Assembly: GCA_965243025.1 (NCBI GenBank)
Contig: CBDETY010000003.1
Span: 5,056,001 to 5,120,000, forward strand
DNA length: 64,000 bases
DNA from: Candidatus Latescibacterota bacterium
GTDB taxonomy: Bacteria; Latescibacterota; UBA2968; UBA8231
Direction: 5' to 3'
In this document: positions 20,620 through 29,647 of the stretch, one piece after another
Numbering within the stretch: position 1 is the stretch's first letter
How the letters are laid out: each line of letters opens with the position of its first letter
The notes under the pieces: generated by a model
Database searches by the model: none
The model's input: only the letters and a program-made list of their open reading frames with translations
Told to the model about the DNA's origin: nothing
Position numbers and translations under genes: made by a program

Positions 20620-22065
20620 CTAAAGGCGTGCGGGAAACGGGTGGTAGTTGACGGTGATCTTCACCTCGCGCACGACCAGTGTGCCGGCCAACCCCCCGGC
20701 CCGGCCCTCGAGGGATATCTCGAGCAGATTGTCTCCCTTCCGGGGGCGCACCCGCCGCAGGTCGAAGGTGAGTGACTGGGCGCTGTAGCGGTTGATCGCA
20801 TCGCCGAAGCCGCGCCGGCAGGCTTCGTTTTTCAGCGATTCCCCGTTCAGCAGGATCGCGAGCCGGTCGGCGGAAACCAGGTCGGTTACCACGATCTCGA
20901 GAAGAACCTCGCTGATCTGGTCCCCTGCCCCCTCGATGTCGTCGGCGATGAAAAAGGGCACCGGGTGGCGGGCTCCAACGTCGTCAGCGGGGATTCGAAC
21001 CGGCAAAGGTGAGCGGTAGTGCAGGTGGTCCTCCTCCGGGGTGCGTGCGAGGACATACTGCCTGTTTTTCCGCGCCCCCAGGTCGGGGTCCCCCATTTCA
21101 CTCAACATGCTGCGCTGCGCATCCCCCAGCGGCCAGTCCATGAACCAGGTGTAGAGGCCGTCGGCTCCCTTGCTCCACTGGTTGGCGACCGCGGCCCGCA
21201 TCTGTTCGCTGCTGGGAAACTGCCGCACCGGGGCTCCCGTGTTCTTGTCGTCGACGTACGGCTGGAGACATCCGAAAAACGAAACGCCGCTGGCATGGGC
21301 AGCATCCAACAGCCAGTCGGCGGGCATGTCGGGATCGAGTATCATGTAGCCGTAGCGCATGGGGACGACGAAATCCAGGGAGCCGTTCTGCAGCCAGGCG
21401 CGAACGTCGAGCCCCTGTCCCAGGTTGAGCTCCTCCGTCGGCAGAACGCGCACCCCCACCTGAACGCCGTCGCGCGCGGCTCGCGCCATCCCGGATATCT
21501 CCTCGACGAACCCGGTCAGCTCCGGAACCAGGGACTCGGCTTCTTGCGGCCGGATGAGGGAACTTCCTCCCGGGACCGCCAGGTCGAGCTCGACCCCCTC
21601 GAGCGGGTACCGGTTCACGAGTTCCTCGATAATGACGCGCTGGCCTTCGCGGACTTCAGGGGCGCCGAGGCCGCGCCCCCCCTCGGCTACCGCGTGGGCC
21701 GGGTCCATGCCGCCGTAGCTGCCCAGGCGCACGGTGGCGAAAAAGTCCATGCCCTTGTCGTGAGCGCGGTCGATGAGCAGCTGCAGGGGATCGAGCCCGC
21801 GCTCTTCGAGGCTCTTCATGTTGTGCCAGGTCCGCCAGTACGCCGCCAGCTCGAACGGCTCCATGCCGGAGCCGAACTGCGTCGCGACACCGGAAGGGTA
21901 GAACAGGCCGTCGCCGCGCTGGATGCCGTAGGCGAAGGTATCGACGGCGGTGCCGGCAACCTCATCGACCGGTGTCCAGGCATCCTCCAGCGAGATGGGG
22001 GGCTCGAACACGAACAGGTAGTAGTGGCGGGCGTCGTTGTGGTAGATGATTCGCTTGCGTCGCAT
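20620..22065 (-). CDS. Uncharacterised glycoside-hydrolase-like TIM-barrel protein (paralog of 57134-58606)
   Basis: ATG at 22065 after GGAGG; IIYHNDARHYYLFVFEPP, YPLEGVELD, GADGLYTWF; no signal peptide. Confidence 0.7.
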   Translation of the reverse strand: MRRKRIIYHNDARHYYLFVFEPPISLEDAWTPVDEVAGTAVDTFAYGIQRGDGLFYPSGVATQFGSGMEPFELAAYWRTWHNMKSLEERGLDPLQLLIDRAHDKGMDFFATVRLGSYGGMDPAHAVAEGGRGLGAPEVREGQRVIIEELVNRYPLEGVELDLAVPGGSSLIRPQEAESLVPELTGFVEEISGMARAARDGVQVGVRVLPTEELNLGQGLDVRAWLQNGSLDFVVPMRYGYMILDPDMPADWLLDAAHASGVSFFGCLQPYVDDKNTGAPVRQFPSSEQMRAAVANQWSKGADGLYTWFMDWPLGDAQRSMLSEMGDPDLGARKNRQYVLARTPEEDHLHYRSPLPVRIPADDVGARHPVPFFIADDIEGAGDQISEVLLEIVVTDLVSADRLAILLNGESLKNEACRRGFGDAINRYSAQSLTFDLRRVRPRKGDNLLEISLEGRAGGLAGTLVVREVKITVNYHPFPARL

Positions 22066-22335
22066 CGCAGACCTCCAGGAGGGTTGGTCCAGTCTCTGCT
22101 TGTCCGACTGTGAGTCATCCGGGCAGGCGGTAAAACCCGTCCCGGCCGCTGGCGGAAGACCGACGGCAAGGAGGGGGAAAGCATTGGGCAAACCCGGCCT
22201 TAAGGCTCTTTCTCCGAGAGACTTAGACCGCCTGAGAAAGCACCCGGCCAGCTTTTGATAAATCGGACTTAATCACATTATAAACAATAGGTTAGAATGG
22301 TTTTTCGAGTCGCGGAGAAAGATTCGAATAATTAG

Positions 22336-22364
22336 TTGCTCTGGCATCTGTCCCGCCGTATCAT
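22336..22364 (+). promoter_or_regulatory. Putative sigma70-type promoter of the sigma-factor gene, in an AT-rich tract
   Basis: TTGCTC, 17-bp spacer, TATCAT; IHF-like TAAACAA-N4-TTA at about 22281-22294 upstream. Confidence 0.5.
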
Positions 22365-22471
22365 AATGGAAAAAGCGGCACCTTCTGCACACAATTCCGC
22401 CGGAATCGCGAGGGAGGAGGAGTTTTCGCGTTTCCGGTCCCCATCAAAAATCCACAAATAGAAGGAGAGTC

Positions 22472-23323
22472 ATGCTGGAAACCCTCAGCGACCGCGAGAG
22501 CTCTCTACGGTCTTATTTCGACGACATCGCCCACTCCGAGCCGCTGTCTCGTGAGAAGGAAGTCGAACTCGCGGCCCGCATCAAAGACGGCGATATGGAG
22601 GCCCGTGACGAACTGGTTCAGGCCAACCTGCGGTTCGTCATCGACGTGGCCAAGAATTACCAGAACCGCGGCCTCTCTTTTGCAGATCTGATCAGCGCCG
22701 GCAATCTCGGGTTGATGACCGCCGCCGAGCGCTTCGACGGCACCCGGGGGTACAAGTTCATTTCCTACGCGGTCTGGTGGATCCGCCAATCCATCCTGCA
22801 GACCATCGCCGAGCACGTGCGCACGGTGCGGCTCCCGCTCAACAAGCTGAGCCTCCTCAAGGACATCTCCAAGGCCTCGAGGCGCCTGGGCCAGGGCCGC
22901 GAGGAGGAGCCGGATGTAGACGAGATAGCCAAGGAGCTCGATCTGCCCGCCGACGTCGTCACCGACGCCATTCTCAGCGCCCGCCCGGTGAGCTCCCTCG
23001 ACGGCGCTTTCGAAGATGACGAGAAGCGCTCGCTGATGAACGTCCTTCCCGACACCAGCCAGCGGGCCCCGGATTCCGACGTAATGCGCGATTCCGCCAG
23101 GAGCCAGCTCGAAAGCGTCCTCGCCAGTCTCGACGACAGGGAGCAGCGGATCATCAGGCTGTATTTCGGACTCGACGGCAAGGAGGCGTTGACCCTCGAG
23201 CAGATCGGCAGCCTGATCGGGGTTACGCGGGAGCGCGTGCGGCAGATAAAGGAGAGGGCACTGAGCCGGCTCCGGCATCCGTCGCGCTACCAGTTCCTGC
23301 AGGCACTGGCCGAGGAGGTTTAA
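22472..23323 (+). CDS. RNA polymerase sigma factor, RpoD/SigA family, lacking region 1.1
   Basis: AAGGAG RBS; region 1.2 (LRSYFDDI), ANLRFVIDVAKNY, GYKFISYAVWWIRQSI, region 4.2 TLEQIG...VTRERVRQI; 283 aa. Confidence 0.93.
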   Translation: MLETLSDRESSLRSYFDDIAHSEPLSREKEVELAARIKDGDMEARDELVQANLRFVIDVAKNYQNRGLSFADLISAGNLGLMTAAERFDGTRGYKFISYAVWWIRQSILQTIAEHVRTVRLPLNKLSLLKDISKASRRLGQGREEEPDVDEIAKELDLPADVVTDAILSARPVSSLDGAFEDDEKRSLMNVLPDTSQRAPDSDVMRDSARSQLESVLASLDDREQRIIRLYFGLDGKEALTLEQIGSLIGVTRERVRQIKERALSRLRHPSRYQFLQALAEEV

Positions 23324-23336
23324 GGAGCGGGAAGTT

Positions 23337-23405
23337 CCGAATTCCGGAATCGGTTTTTTTTCAAGGAGCGGCGCGCTTTCGAGCGGTGCGCCGCTCTTTT
23401 TTCTT
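23337..23405 (+). terminator. Tandem intrinsic terminators after the sigma gene
   Basis: CCGA..TCGG hairpin followed by T8 (23337-61), then GAGCGGCGCGC/GTGCGCCGCTC stem followed by TTTTTT (23366-23402). Confidence 0.75.
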
Positions 23406-23510
23406 TCCGCAGGATACAGCTGCCAGGAGTTGTCGGAGAGGACGGTTTGCTTCCGGCGCCGCCTCCCGCCGGTCCCCGCGCGGACCGATGGCCGAACGAG
23501 CCGGTGAACC

Positions 23511-24320
23511 ATGGATGAGCTGAAACTTCGGGGCAAAGTCGCCCTGGTGACGGGCGGGGCCCGGGGGTTGGGACGCGCCTATGTCCTGCACCTGGCCCGC
23601 CTGGGAGCCGATGTCGTCGTCAACGACATCAGGCTGGACGCGGCGGCTGAATTCGGCGAACAGCTGACCGCCGGATCCGTGGCCGAAGAGGTCGAGTCCC
23701 TGGGACGGCGCTCGCTCGGGATCGAAGCGGACGTCGCCGACCGCGACGCGGTGGTATCGATGGTGGAAACTGCCGTGGCCGAGCTCGGCGGCGTCGATAT
23801 TCTGATTACCAACGCCGGCGGCAACCTGACCACCGATCCCGACCAGAGCGCAACGGGGACGTCGCGACAGACCTACCGCTACCTGATGGAGATAAACCTG
23901 ACGGGCACGGTCTACTGTTGCCAGGAGGTGGGTGCGGCGATGCGCAGGCGTGGAAAGGGGGGCAAGATCGTCACCGTCGCGTCGCAGGCCGGCATGTGGA
24001 GCGGGCGCGACAGCGGGGGGATGGCCTACAAGGTGGCGAAGGCAGGGGTCATCCAGTACACCCGCGTCCTGGCGGCCGAGCTGGGTCCGCACGGAATCTG
24101 CGTCAACTGCATCGCCCCCGGGTTCATCCTGTCGTCCCGGGCACTGGCGCAGGGGCGCAACGAACCGGAAACCAGGAAGAGGCTCGAGGAGCAGATCCCC
24201 CTCGGAAGGCTGGGAATGCCCGAAGACTGCGCCAGGGTCGTCGAGTTCCTGGTCACTGACCTGTCCGACTACGTGACCGGTCAGTGCATTCCGGTCTGCG
24301 GCGGTTTCGTCGCCTTTTGA
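23511..24320 (+). CDS. Short-chain dehydrogenase/reductase (FabG-like)
   Basis: TGGARGLG, NAG, YKVAK (YxxxK), VNCIAPG. Confidence 0.93.
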   Translation: MDELKLRGKVALVTGGARGLGRAYVLHLARLGADVVVNDIRLDAAAEFGEQLTAGSVAEEVESLGRRSLGIEADVADRDAVVSMVETAVAELGGVDILITNAGGNLTTDPDQSATGTSRQTYRYLMEINLTGTVYCCQEVGAAMRRRGKGGKIVTVASQAGMWSGRDSGGMAYKVAKAGVIQYTRVLAAELGPHGICVNCIAPGFILSSRALAQGRNEPETRKRLEEQIPLGRLGMPEDCARVVEFLVTDLSDYVTGQCIPVCGGFVAF

Positions 24321-24352
24321 GGAACCGTCTCCCCGCCTGCCGACAGCGGAAA

Positions 24353-25273
24353 TCAGGCATCGGGCCAGCGGTACATTCGGCGCGGCTTCCTCTCCGCCCG
24401 GGCCTGCCGCCACTCCTCGACCCAGGAATCGTGGCGGCTGGCCGCCGTCGCCGGATCGTTTACGGACGGATCGGCCTTGCTGCGCACCAGCAGACCGGGC
24501 AGCGGGCGGCCGTGCGGTTTGCGCGCGTCGTTCCACCGCAGGTCCATGCTCCAGCGGACCTGATCGGACAGGTTCGGGCCGGAGCCGTGCGGCGTGCGGC
24601 AGTGGATGAAAACGACGTCCCCTTTGTGCACCGCAATCGAAACCGGTTCTTCCCCGGGCATTTCGTCGTCTGCGATCTGCCACCCGTAAGGACAGCGGAC
24701 GTGGCGGCGCAAGCCCCCGCGGTGCATTCCGGGGACGACCCTGATCGTGCCGTTGGTCTCGTCGCAGTCGACGAGGGGAATCCAGGTGGTGACGACGAGG
24801 GTATCGTCCGCTTCCGGCAGCAGGACCGCCGCATCCTGGTGCAGCGGCGACAGCTGGATCCAGTAGTGGTCCTGCTCATCGAGGTGCGACTCCGGAAGCT
24901 TGGGCCGTACGTGGTGGGTGGGGTTGCAGAAGATCTCCTCGCCGACGAGGCCCTCGACCGCATCGAGCAACCGGCTGTTGTGCAGGAAATCGAAGATCGG
25001 CCGCCGCAGGTTCAGGGGGAAGGAGACCTTGCCCTGGATCGACTCACCGGAATCCCGGGTCAGCAGGGCGATGCGCCGGTCGAACGGGGCACCGGCATGG
25101 GTGTCTTCGATCTTTCCCTGATCGCGCAGCTCGCGGGCGGCATCTTCGACGATTTCCTCCATGTCCTCGATCAATGGCTCGAGAACCGCTGCGGGCAACA
25201 GGCCGCGAACAACGAGGAATCCCCGGGAGTGAAACTCTTCTACCTGACTTGGGCTCAAGGACATGGGACGCAC
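24353..25273 (-). CDS. Phytanoyl-CoA dioxygenase (PhyH) family Fe/2OG oxygenase
   Basis: Canonical HQD, WIPLVD, NGTIRVVPG, distal HGSGPN and RWSMDLR. Confidence 0.88.
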   Translation of the reverse strand: MRPMSLSPSQVEEFHSRGFLVVRGLLPAAVLEPLIEDMEEIVEDAARELRDQGKIEDTHAGAPFDRRIALLTRDSGESIQGKVSFPLNLRRPIFDFLHNSRLLDAVEGLVGEEIFCNPTHHVRPKLPESHLDEQDHYWIQLSPLHQDAAVLLPEADDTLVVTTWIPLVDCDETNGTIRVVPGMHRGGLRRHVRCPYGWQIADDEMPGEEPVSIAVHKGDVVFIHCRTPHGSGPNLSDQVRWSMDLRWNDARKPHGRPLPGLLVRSKADPSVNDPATAASRHDSWVEEWRQARAERKPRRMYRWPDA

Positions 25274-25381
25274 CTTTCGTTTCGGGATCGAATATAAGAT
25301 TTCCCGGTTTCAAGGAAGTCGGAAAGCCATGTGGGTCGCCGTTCCGGGTACATCACATTCCAGGTGGCCGCACCGGATCTT

Positions 25382-25410
25382 TTGATCCCCCCTGCGGGTG
25401 CTCATACCTT
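25382..25410 (+). promoter_or_regulatory. Possible sigma70-type promoter
   Basis: TTGATC, 17-bp spacer, TACCTT, about 40 bp upstream of ATG 25450. Confidence 0.35.
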
Positions 25411-25449
25411 ACACGCCCGTCGAACCTCTTTGCGAGCATCCCTCCTTCC

Positions 25450-26052
25450 ATGTCCCTGTCCCGCACCGCCATTCTGCTGACCGTCGCCGTGGTCTCTCTC
25501 GCGGAGGCCCAGCTGATCGAGGAAGCGGGGACTGGCCGCAGCGGTCTTTACGGGACCGTGGGCCTCGGGATCACCAACCTCGAACGCGGTCCCGGGATCG
25601 CCGTGCCGGTGGGACTGAGCGTGCTTGCCGCGCCTTTCCGCCTGATCGCTTCGGTCTCGCTGCTCGAACTGGTTTTTCTGCAGAAGGAAAGCACCAACTC
25701 CCAGTATCAGCGGGTCTACAGCCGCAGCGGGTACAGCGCCTGCATCGATTCGTTGGGGTACTACGTGCCGTCCTACCGGTGCACGGCCGGCACCGAGGTG
25801 CTGCGCTCGTTCAGCGGCGACATCAGCTTCGTCCCCGTGGAAACCGTCATCGTCGCCAACAGGCCTGGAAAGCTGTTTACCGGGCTCGGTTTCCGGGGCC
25901 GCAAACCGCGCACTCCCTACGGCACCATCGGTATGTTTTTCGATTCCCCCTCCGGCCGGGCGGGGGGTGTGCGCGTCAATCTCGGCCGTGATTTTTTCTA
26001 CATGGGCCTGAACTGGGGGCTGCACGCCGGGCGTCTGCTCGGCTGGAGGTGA
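25450..26052 (+). CDS. Hypothetical exported protein, possibly a small outer-membrane beta-barrel
   Basis: Signal peptide (AEA-Q); alternating amphipathic strands (GLYGTVGLG, KLFTGLGF, YGTIGMFF, FYMGLNWG). Confidence 0.6.
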   Translation: MSLSRTAILLTVAVVSLAEAQLIEEAGTGRSGLYGTVGLGITNLERGPGIAVPVGLSVLAAPFRLIASVSLLELVFLQKESTNSQYQRVYSRSGYSACIDSLGYYVPSYRCTAGTEVLRSFSGDISFVPVETVIVANRPGKLFTGLGFRGRKPRTPYGTIGMFFDSPSGRAGGVRVNLGRDFFYMGLNWGLHAGRLLGWR

Positions 26053-26110
26053 GGGGTTGCACCGGCACGCGGCGGCGTTCGCTCAATGTGGGATTGTCAG
26101 CCTGAAACGC

Positions 26111-28633
26111 ATGCCCGCCATCGCCAATGCAGCCATCCATCTCAACCTTGCTGCAGCTGTCCTGATCGCCGCAGCCTCGTCTCCGGCAGCGGCGCAGGTC
26201 ACCCTGCCCGCTGAAACACACCCCGGCCTGCTGTTTTCCGCATCCGACATTCCGGTGCTGCGGGAGCGCATCCAACGCCCCCCCTATTCGGGGTGGTGGC
26301 AGACGGTTCTCGACCGCGCCGAGAACGCACCCTCCTCTTTCGCCGCCGAACGCAGCAAGGCGCGCTACGCCAAGAGCCTGGCGTTCGCCTACCTGATGAC
26401 GGACAGGACCGTTTTCGCCGAACGGGCGGCCGAGATCATGCTCGACATGAAGTTTCCGCCCCGCGGCGGAGACCTCGGGGAACCGCACAACGAAGCGGAG
26501 GTAGTCGCCCATTACGCTGTCGCCTACGACATGCTCCACGGCTACCTCGATGCGGATCACGTCTCGCGCGCCGAGATACGGGAGATCCTGGCCGAGGAGG
26601 CGGAGCGGCTGCACGAGGGGATCGTGATCCGGGAGATCGACCTCGGTTTCCTCGGGTCGATTGAAATCCGCCTGCACGAAACCCCGGATCCGCGCAACCC
26701 CGCGATCCTCCACCTCAACAACTGGCACATACGCCCTTACGCCGGTCTCGGGCTGGCCGCTTTCGCCCTGGCCGATCATCCGGGCCGGGGGGGCAGCGGC
26801 CCGGGGGACTGGGCCGACCGCGCCTTCGGCCTGGTGACAAAGTCCCTCGACCACCAGATCGAGGAGACGGACGGAGGGTATGCGGAAGGCCCGTTCTACG
26901 CCCGCTACGCCGCCGACCTGTACCTGCCGTACATGTTTGCGCTCAAGCGCCTGACCGGAACCGACCTGTTCGTCGACCGGAAAGTCGACCTGATGCACGA
27001 CTGGTCTCTCAACCTGCGCCTGCCGAACGGCCGCCGTCCCAACATCGACGACAGCCACCTCGACGACTTCTACGGGCACTATCTCGCTTCCGTCGACGCC
27101 AACGGTCCGGTGCACCTGTGGGACTGGAAGAACAACTCCTTCGTGCAGTACGTGCGGGAATTTTCCGAAATGGATGCGATCGCCCTGTACGACGACGGCA
27201 TCGCCGCCCGGGAACCGGAGTACGGCCCCACTGTTTTCATGCCGGAGGCCGGGGACGCCGTGTTTCGCAGCGACTGGTCGGAGAAGGCGACCTACATGCT
27301 GCTGCGCGGGGAGCACGGTCGCGCCCGCGAGCAGGGACTGGGGCACGAACACGCGGACGAGACCAGCTTTCTGATTTACGCGGCCGGTGAGATGCTGGCC
27401 GTCGACGGCGGCTACATCGACTTCAGCAACCACCACAAGGTCAACGCGGGCCCCAGTCACAGCCTGATCCTCGTCGACGGCCGCGGCCCCCCGCTCGACA
27501 CCCTGCTGGGCCAGGCGGTGGATGGCGGCAACGACGCCTGGATCCAACGCTACTTCACGGGCGACTCCCTCGACTATGCCGAAGTGGCGGCGGCCTACGA
27601 GGGGGTGGGCATCCGGCGCCGGGTCATGTTCGTCGGCAGGCGCTATTTCGTCGTCAGCGACCAGGTCAGGGACGGAAGCAGCCACCGCTACGAGTGGCGC
27701 CTGCACGGCAACGGTGGAGGCACCAGCGGCGGAACGTACCGGCGAAACGGCAGTCTCGCCCGCTGGACCCGCTCGCAGGCGGAACTGCTGGCGTTCATGC
27801 CGGCCTCCGAAGGACGCACCTTCACGGAGTCCGAGGCGATTCACTCGTTCGCCTACCGCGAAGAGCCGACCCATACCCTGTTGCGCGTACAGGAGACCGG
27901 GGCGGACGTCGACTTTCTCGCCGTGCTGTTTCCGCGGGCCCTGAGCGATGCCGAACCGGTCATCGCCGCCGCGGCGGCAACAGGTGGAGAGGCGGTAAGC
28001 GTGGAGAAGAGCGGGACGACCGACTACGCCTGGAACTCCGCCGGGGGCCAGACGGTATCGGTGGCAACGGCATTCGGAACCCTGACCAGCGACGCGGGGT
28101 TCGGCATGGCGAGCTTCGGGGCCGGGGCACTCAGCGAGTTCACCTTGATCGGGGCGACCCTGTTGTCGATCGACGGGGTCCAGGTGTTTTCCGCCTCCAA
28201 CGAGACGGACGTGAGCCTGGCGTTCGCCGCAGGGAGGGCGAGCGGGTTCCTGCGCGAGGGCAGCGGGGGCACCGTCGCAACCCTGCGGATGTCCGACCCG
28301 GTAACGGACACCGGATTTTCCGGCGAGCTGGCGGGCAGCTCCTACTCCGGCGGCGCGCTGACCCTGCGGTTCTCCGGCGCCGGGCCGCTGTCGGCGGCGA
28401 CATCCGATGCCGCATCGGTGCCCACGCCCTTCCCTCCCCCCCAGGAAACCCTCCCCGCGGATTTCGACGGCAGCGGCACCGTGGACTTCGCCGACTTCTT
28501 CCTGTTCGTCGACGCCTTCGGGCAGCCGGCCCGGGGAAACCTGGCGATCTACGACCTCGACGGAAACGGCGAAGTCGGTTTCGGGGACTTTTTCAGTCTC
28601 GCCGACCAGTTCGGCCGCTCTGCCGGCGACTGA
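26111..28633 (+). CDS. Heparinase II/III-family polysaccharide lyase-like protein with C-terminal dockerin-like/EF-hand repeat
   Basis: Signal peptide; HPGLLF, NNWH, DGGYAEGPFY, VFRSDW, GHEHADETSF, HSLILVDG; tail ADFDGSGTVDFADFFLF...YDLDGNGEVGFGDFF. Confidence 0.8.
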   Translation: MPAIANAAIHLNLAAAVLIAAASSPAAAQVTLPAETHPGLLFSASDIPVLRERIQRPPYSGWWQTVLDRAENAPSSFAAERSKARYAKSLAFAYLMTDRTVFAERAAEIMLDMKFPPRGGDLGEPHNEAEVVAHYAVAYDMLHGYLDADHVSRAEIREILAEEAERLHEGIVIREIDLGFLGSIEIRLHETPDPRNPAILHLNNWHIRPYAGLGLAAFALADHPGRGGSGPGDWADRAFGLVTKSLDHQIEETDGGYAEGPFYARYAADLYLPYMFALKRLTGTDLFVDRKVDLMHDWSLNLRLPNGRRPNIDDSHLDDFYGHYLASVDANGPVHLWDWKNNSFVQYVREFSEMDAIALYDDGIAAREPEYGPTVFMPEAGDAVFRSDWSEKATYMLLRGEHGRAREQGLGHEHADETSFLIYAAGEMLAVDGGYIDFSNHHKVNAGPSHSLILVDGRGPPLDTLLGQAVDGGNDAWIQRYFTGDSLDYAEVAAAYEGVGIRRRVMFVGRRYFVVSDQVRDGSSHRYEWRLHGNGGGTSGGTYRRNGSLARWTRSQAELLAFMPASEGRTFTESEAIHSFAYREEPTHTLLRVQETGADVDFLAVLFPRALSDAEPVIAAAAATGGEAVSVEKSGTTDYAWNSAGGQTVSVATAFGTLTSDAGFGMASFGAGALSEFTLIGATLLSIDGVQVFSASNETDVSLAFAAGRASGFLREGSGGTVATLRMSDPVTDTGFSGELAGSSYSGGALTLRFSGAGPLSAATSDAASVPTPFPPPQETLPADFDGSGTVDFADFFLFVDAFGQPARGNLAIYDLDGNGEVGFGDFFSLADQFGRSAGD

Positions 28634-28636
28634 GAA

Positions 28637-29095
28637 TCACTCTTCGCCGGTGACGTAGGCGAGCAGCTCGACCACCTGCCCGGCGGTCTCCGCCACGGCG
28701 AGCGCCGCCGCATCCACCTCCTTGAGGGCGTGGGCGATGTCGGGGTCGTGCATGACGATGATCGCCTTCCCCAGGGCGCAGGCGAAACCGGCGTCGAACG
28801 CCGCATTCCACTGCCGGTAGCTGCCCCCGAAGCGGACCACCACGGCATCGGCATCGCCGATCAGGGTGCGGGTGCGAATGGCGTTCATTCGCGCCCCCTT
28901 CTGATCCTTCCAGAAGCCGGACTCCTCGGGGCCCAGGATGTCGACCCCGCAGTTGTCGCTGGCGGCGTGATCGGTGACCGGCGCGGTGAAGGATACCGGC
29001 AGGTGTCTCTGCGCTGCGGCAGCAATTATCCGCTCTCGCCAGTCGCTGTGGATCTCGCCGGCGAGGTACACGTTCCACTCCTTCGGCATTGCCAT
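28637..29095 (-). CDS. ytoQ: YtoQ family protein (nucleoside 2-deoxyribosyltransferase-like)
   Basis: VYLAGEIHSDWRE, PVTDHAASD, QWNAAFDAG, HALKEVDAAA. Confidence 0.88.
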   Translation of the reverse strand: MAMPKEWNVYLAGEIHSDWRERIIAAAAQRHLPVSFTAPVTDHAASDNCGVDILGPEESGFWKDQKGARMNAIRTRTLIGDADAVVVRFGGSYRQWNAAFDAGFACALGKAIIVMHDPDIAHALKEVDAAALAVAETAGQVVELLAYVTGEE

Positions 29096-29314
29096 TCTCC
29101 CCTGTTTCAGGTCTGTTGTGCGTCGATCTGCCCTCACGTATCTTGAGCCGCCGGCTGCCGTTCAGGCCAAAGGCGTCCATTGCGCCGCTGCCCCCGGCGT
29201 CTTGTGCCGACTCACCAAGCTCTCTCCGATCCGGCGCCCCCCCGCTGACTTTCGGTCCGGTGCCTTCCGTTCTGCAAGGTATTTCCGGGCCGTTCCGCTG
29301 CAAAGGAGTCCCGA

Positions 29315-29614
29315 ATGAAATCCGCAATCGAGCTCGCGATGGAGAAGACCGAAGAGCTGGTCGACAACCAGAACAAGCTGAGCGAGGAGCAGCTCGAGGC
29401 CATCTCCGACATCAGGAACGAATACGAGGCCAAGTGGGCGGAGCAGGAGATCGCGCTCAAACAGCGGCTCGCGAAACTGGCCCAGGAGGCCGACCCGCAG
29501 GGGTTCGCCGAGCAGCAGGGCCAGCTTCAGGAAGAGATGAACCAGGTGCGCGACAGGATCTTCAGCGAGCGGGACGGGAAGATCGAGGCGGTGCGCGCGC
29601 AGGCATCCGCCTGA
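29315..29614 (+). CDS. Hypothetical helical/coiled-coil protein
   Basis: AAGGAG RBS; N terminus MKSAIELAMEK; Glu/Gln/Lys-rich helical composition. Confidence 0.75.
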   Translation: MKSAIELAMEKTEELVDNQNKLSEEQLEAISDIRNEYEAKWAEQEIALKQRLAKLAQEADPQGFAEQQGQLQEEMNQVRDRIFSERDGKIEAVRAQASA

Positions 29615-29647
29615 GCTGCTCGAACCGCCGGAAACGGGCCGCAGGGT

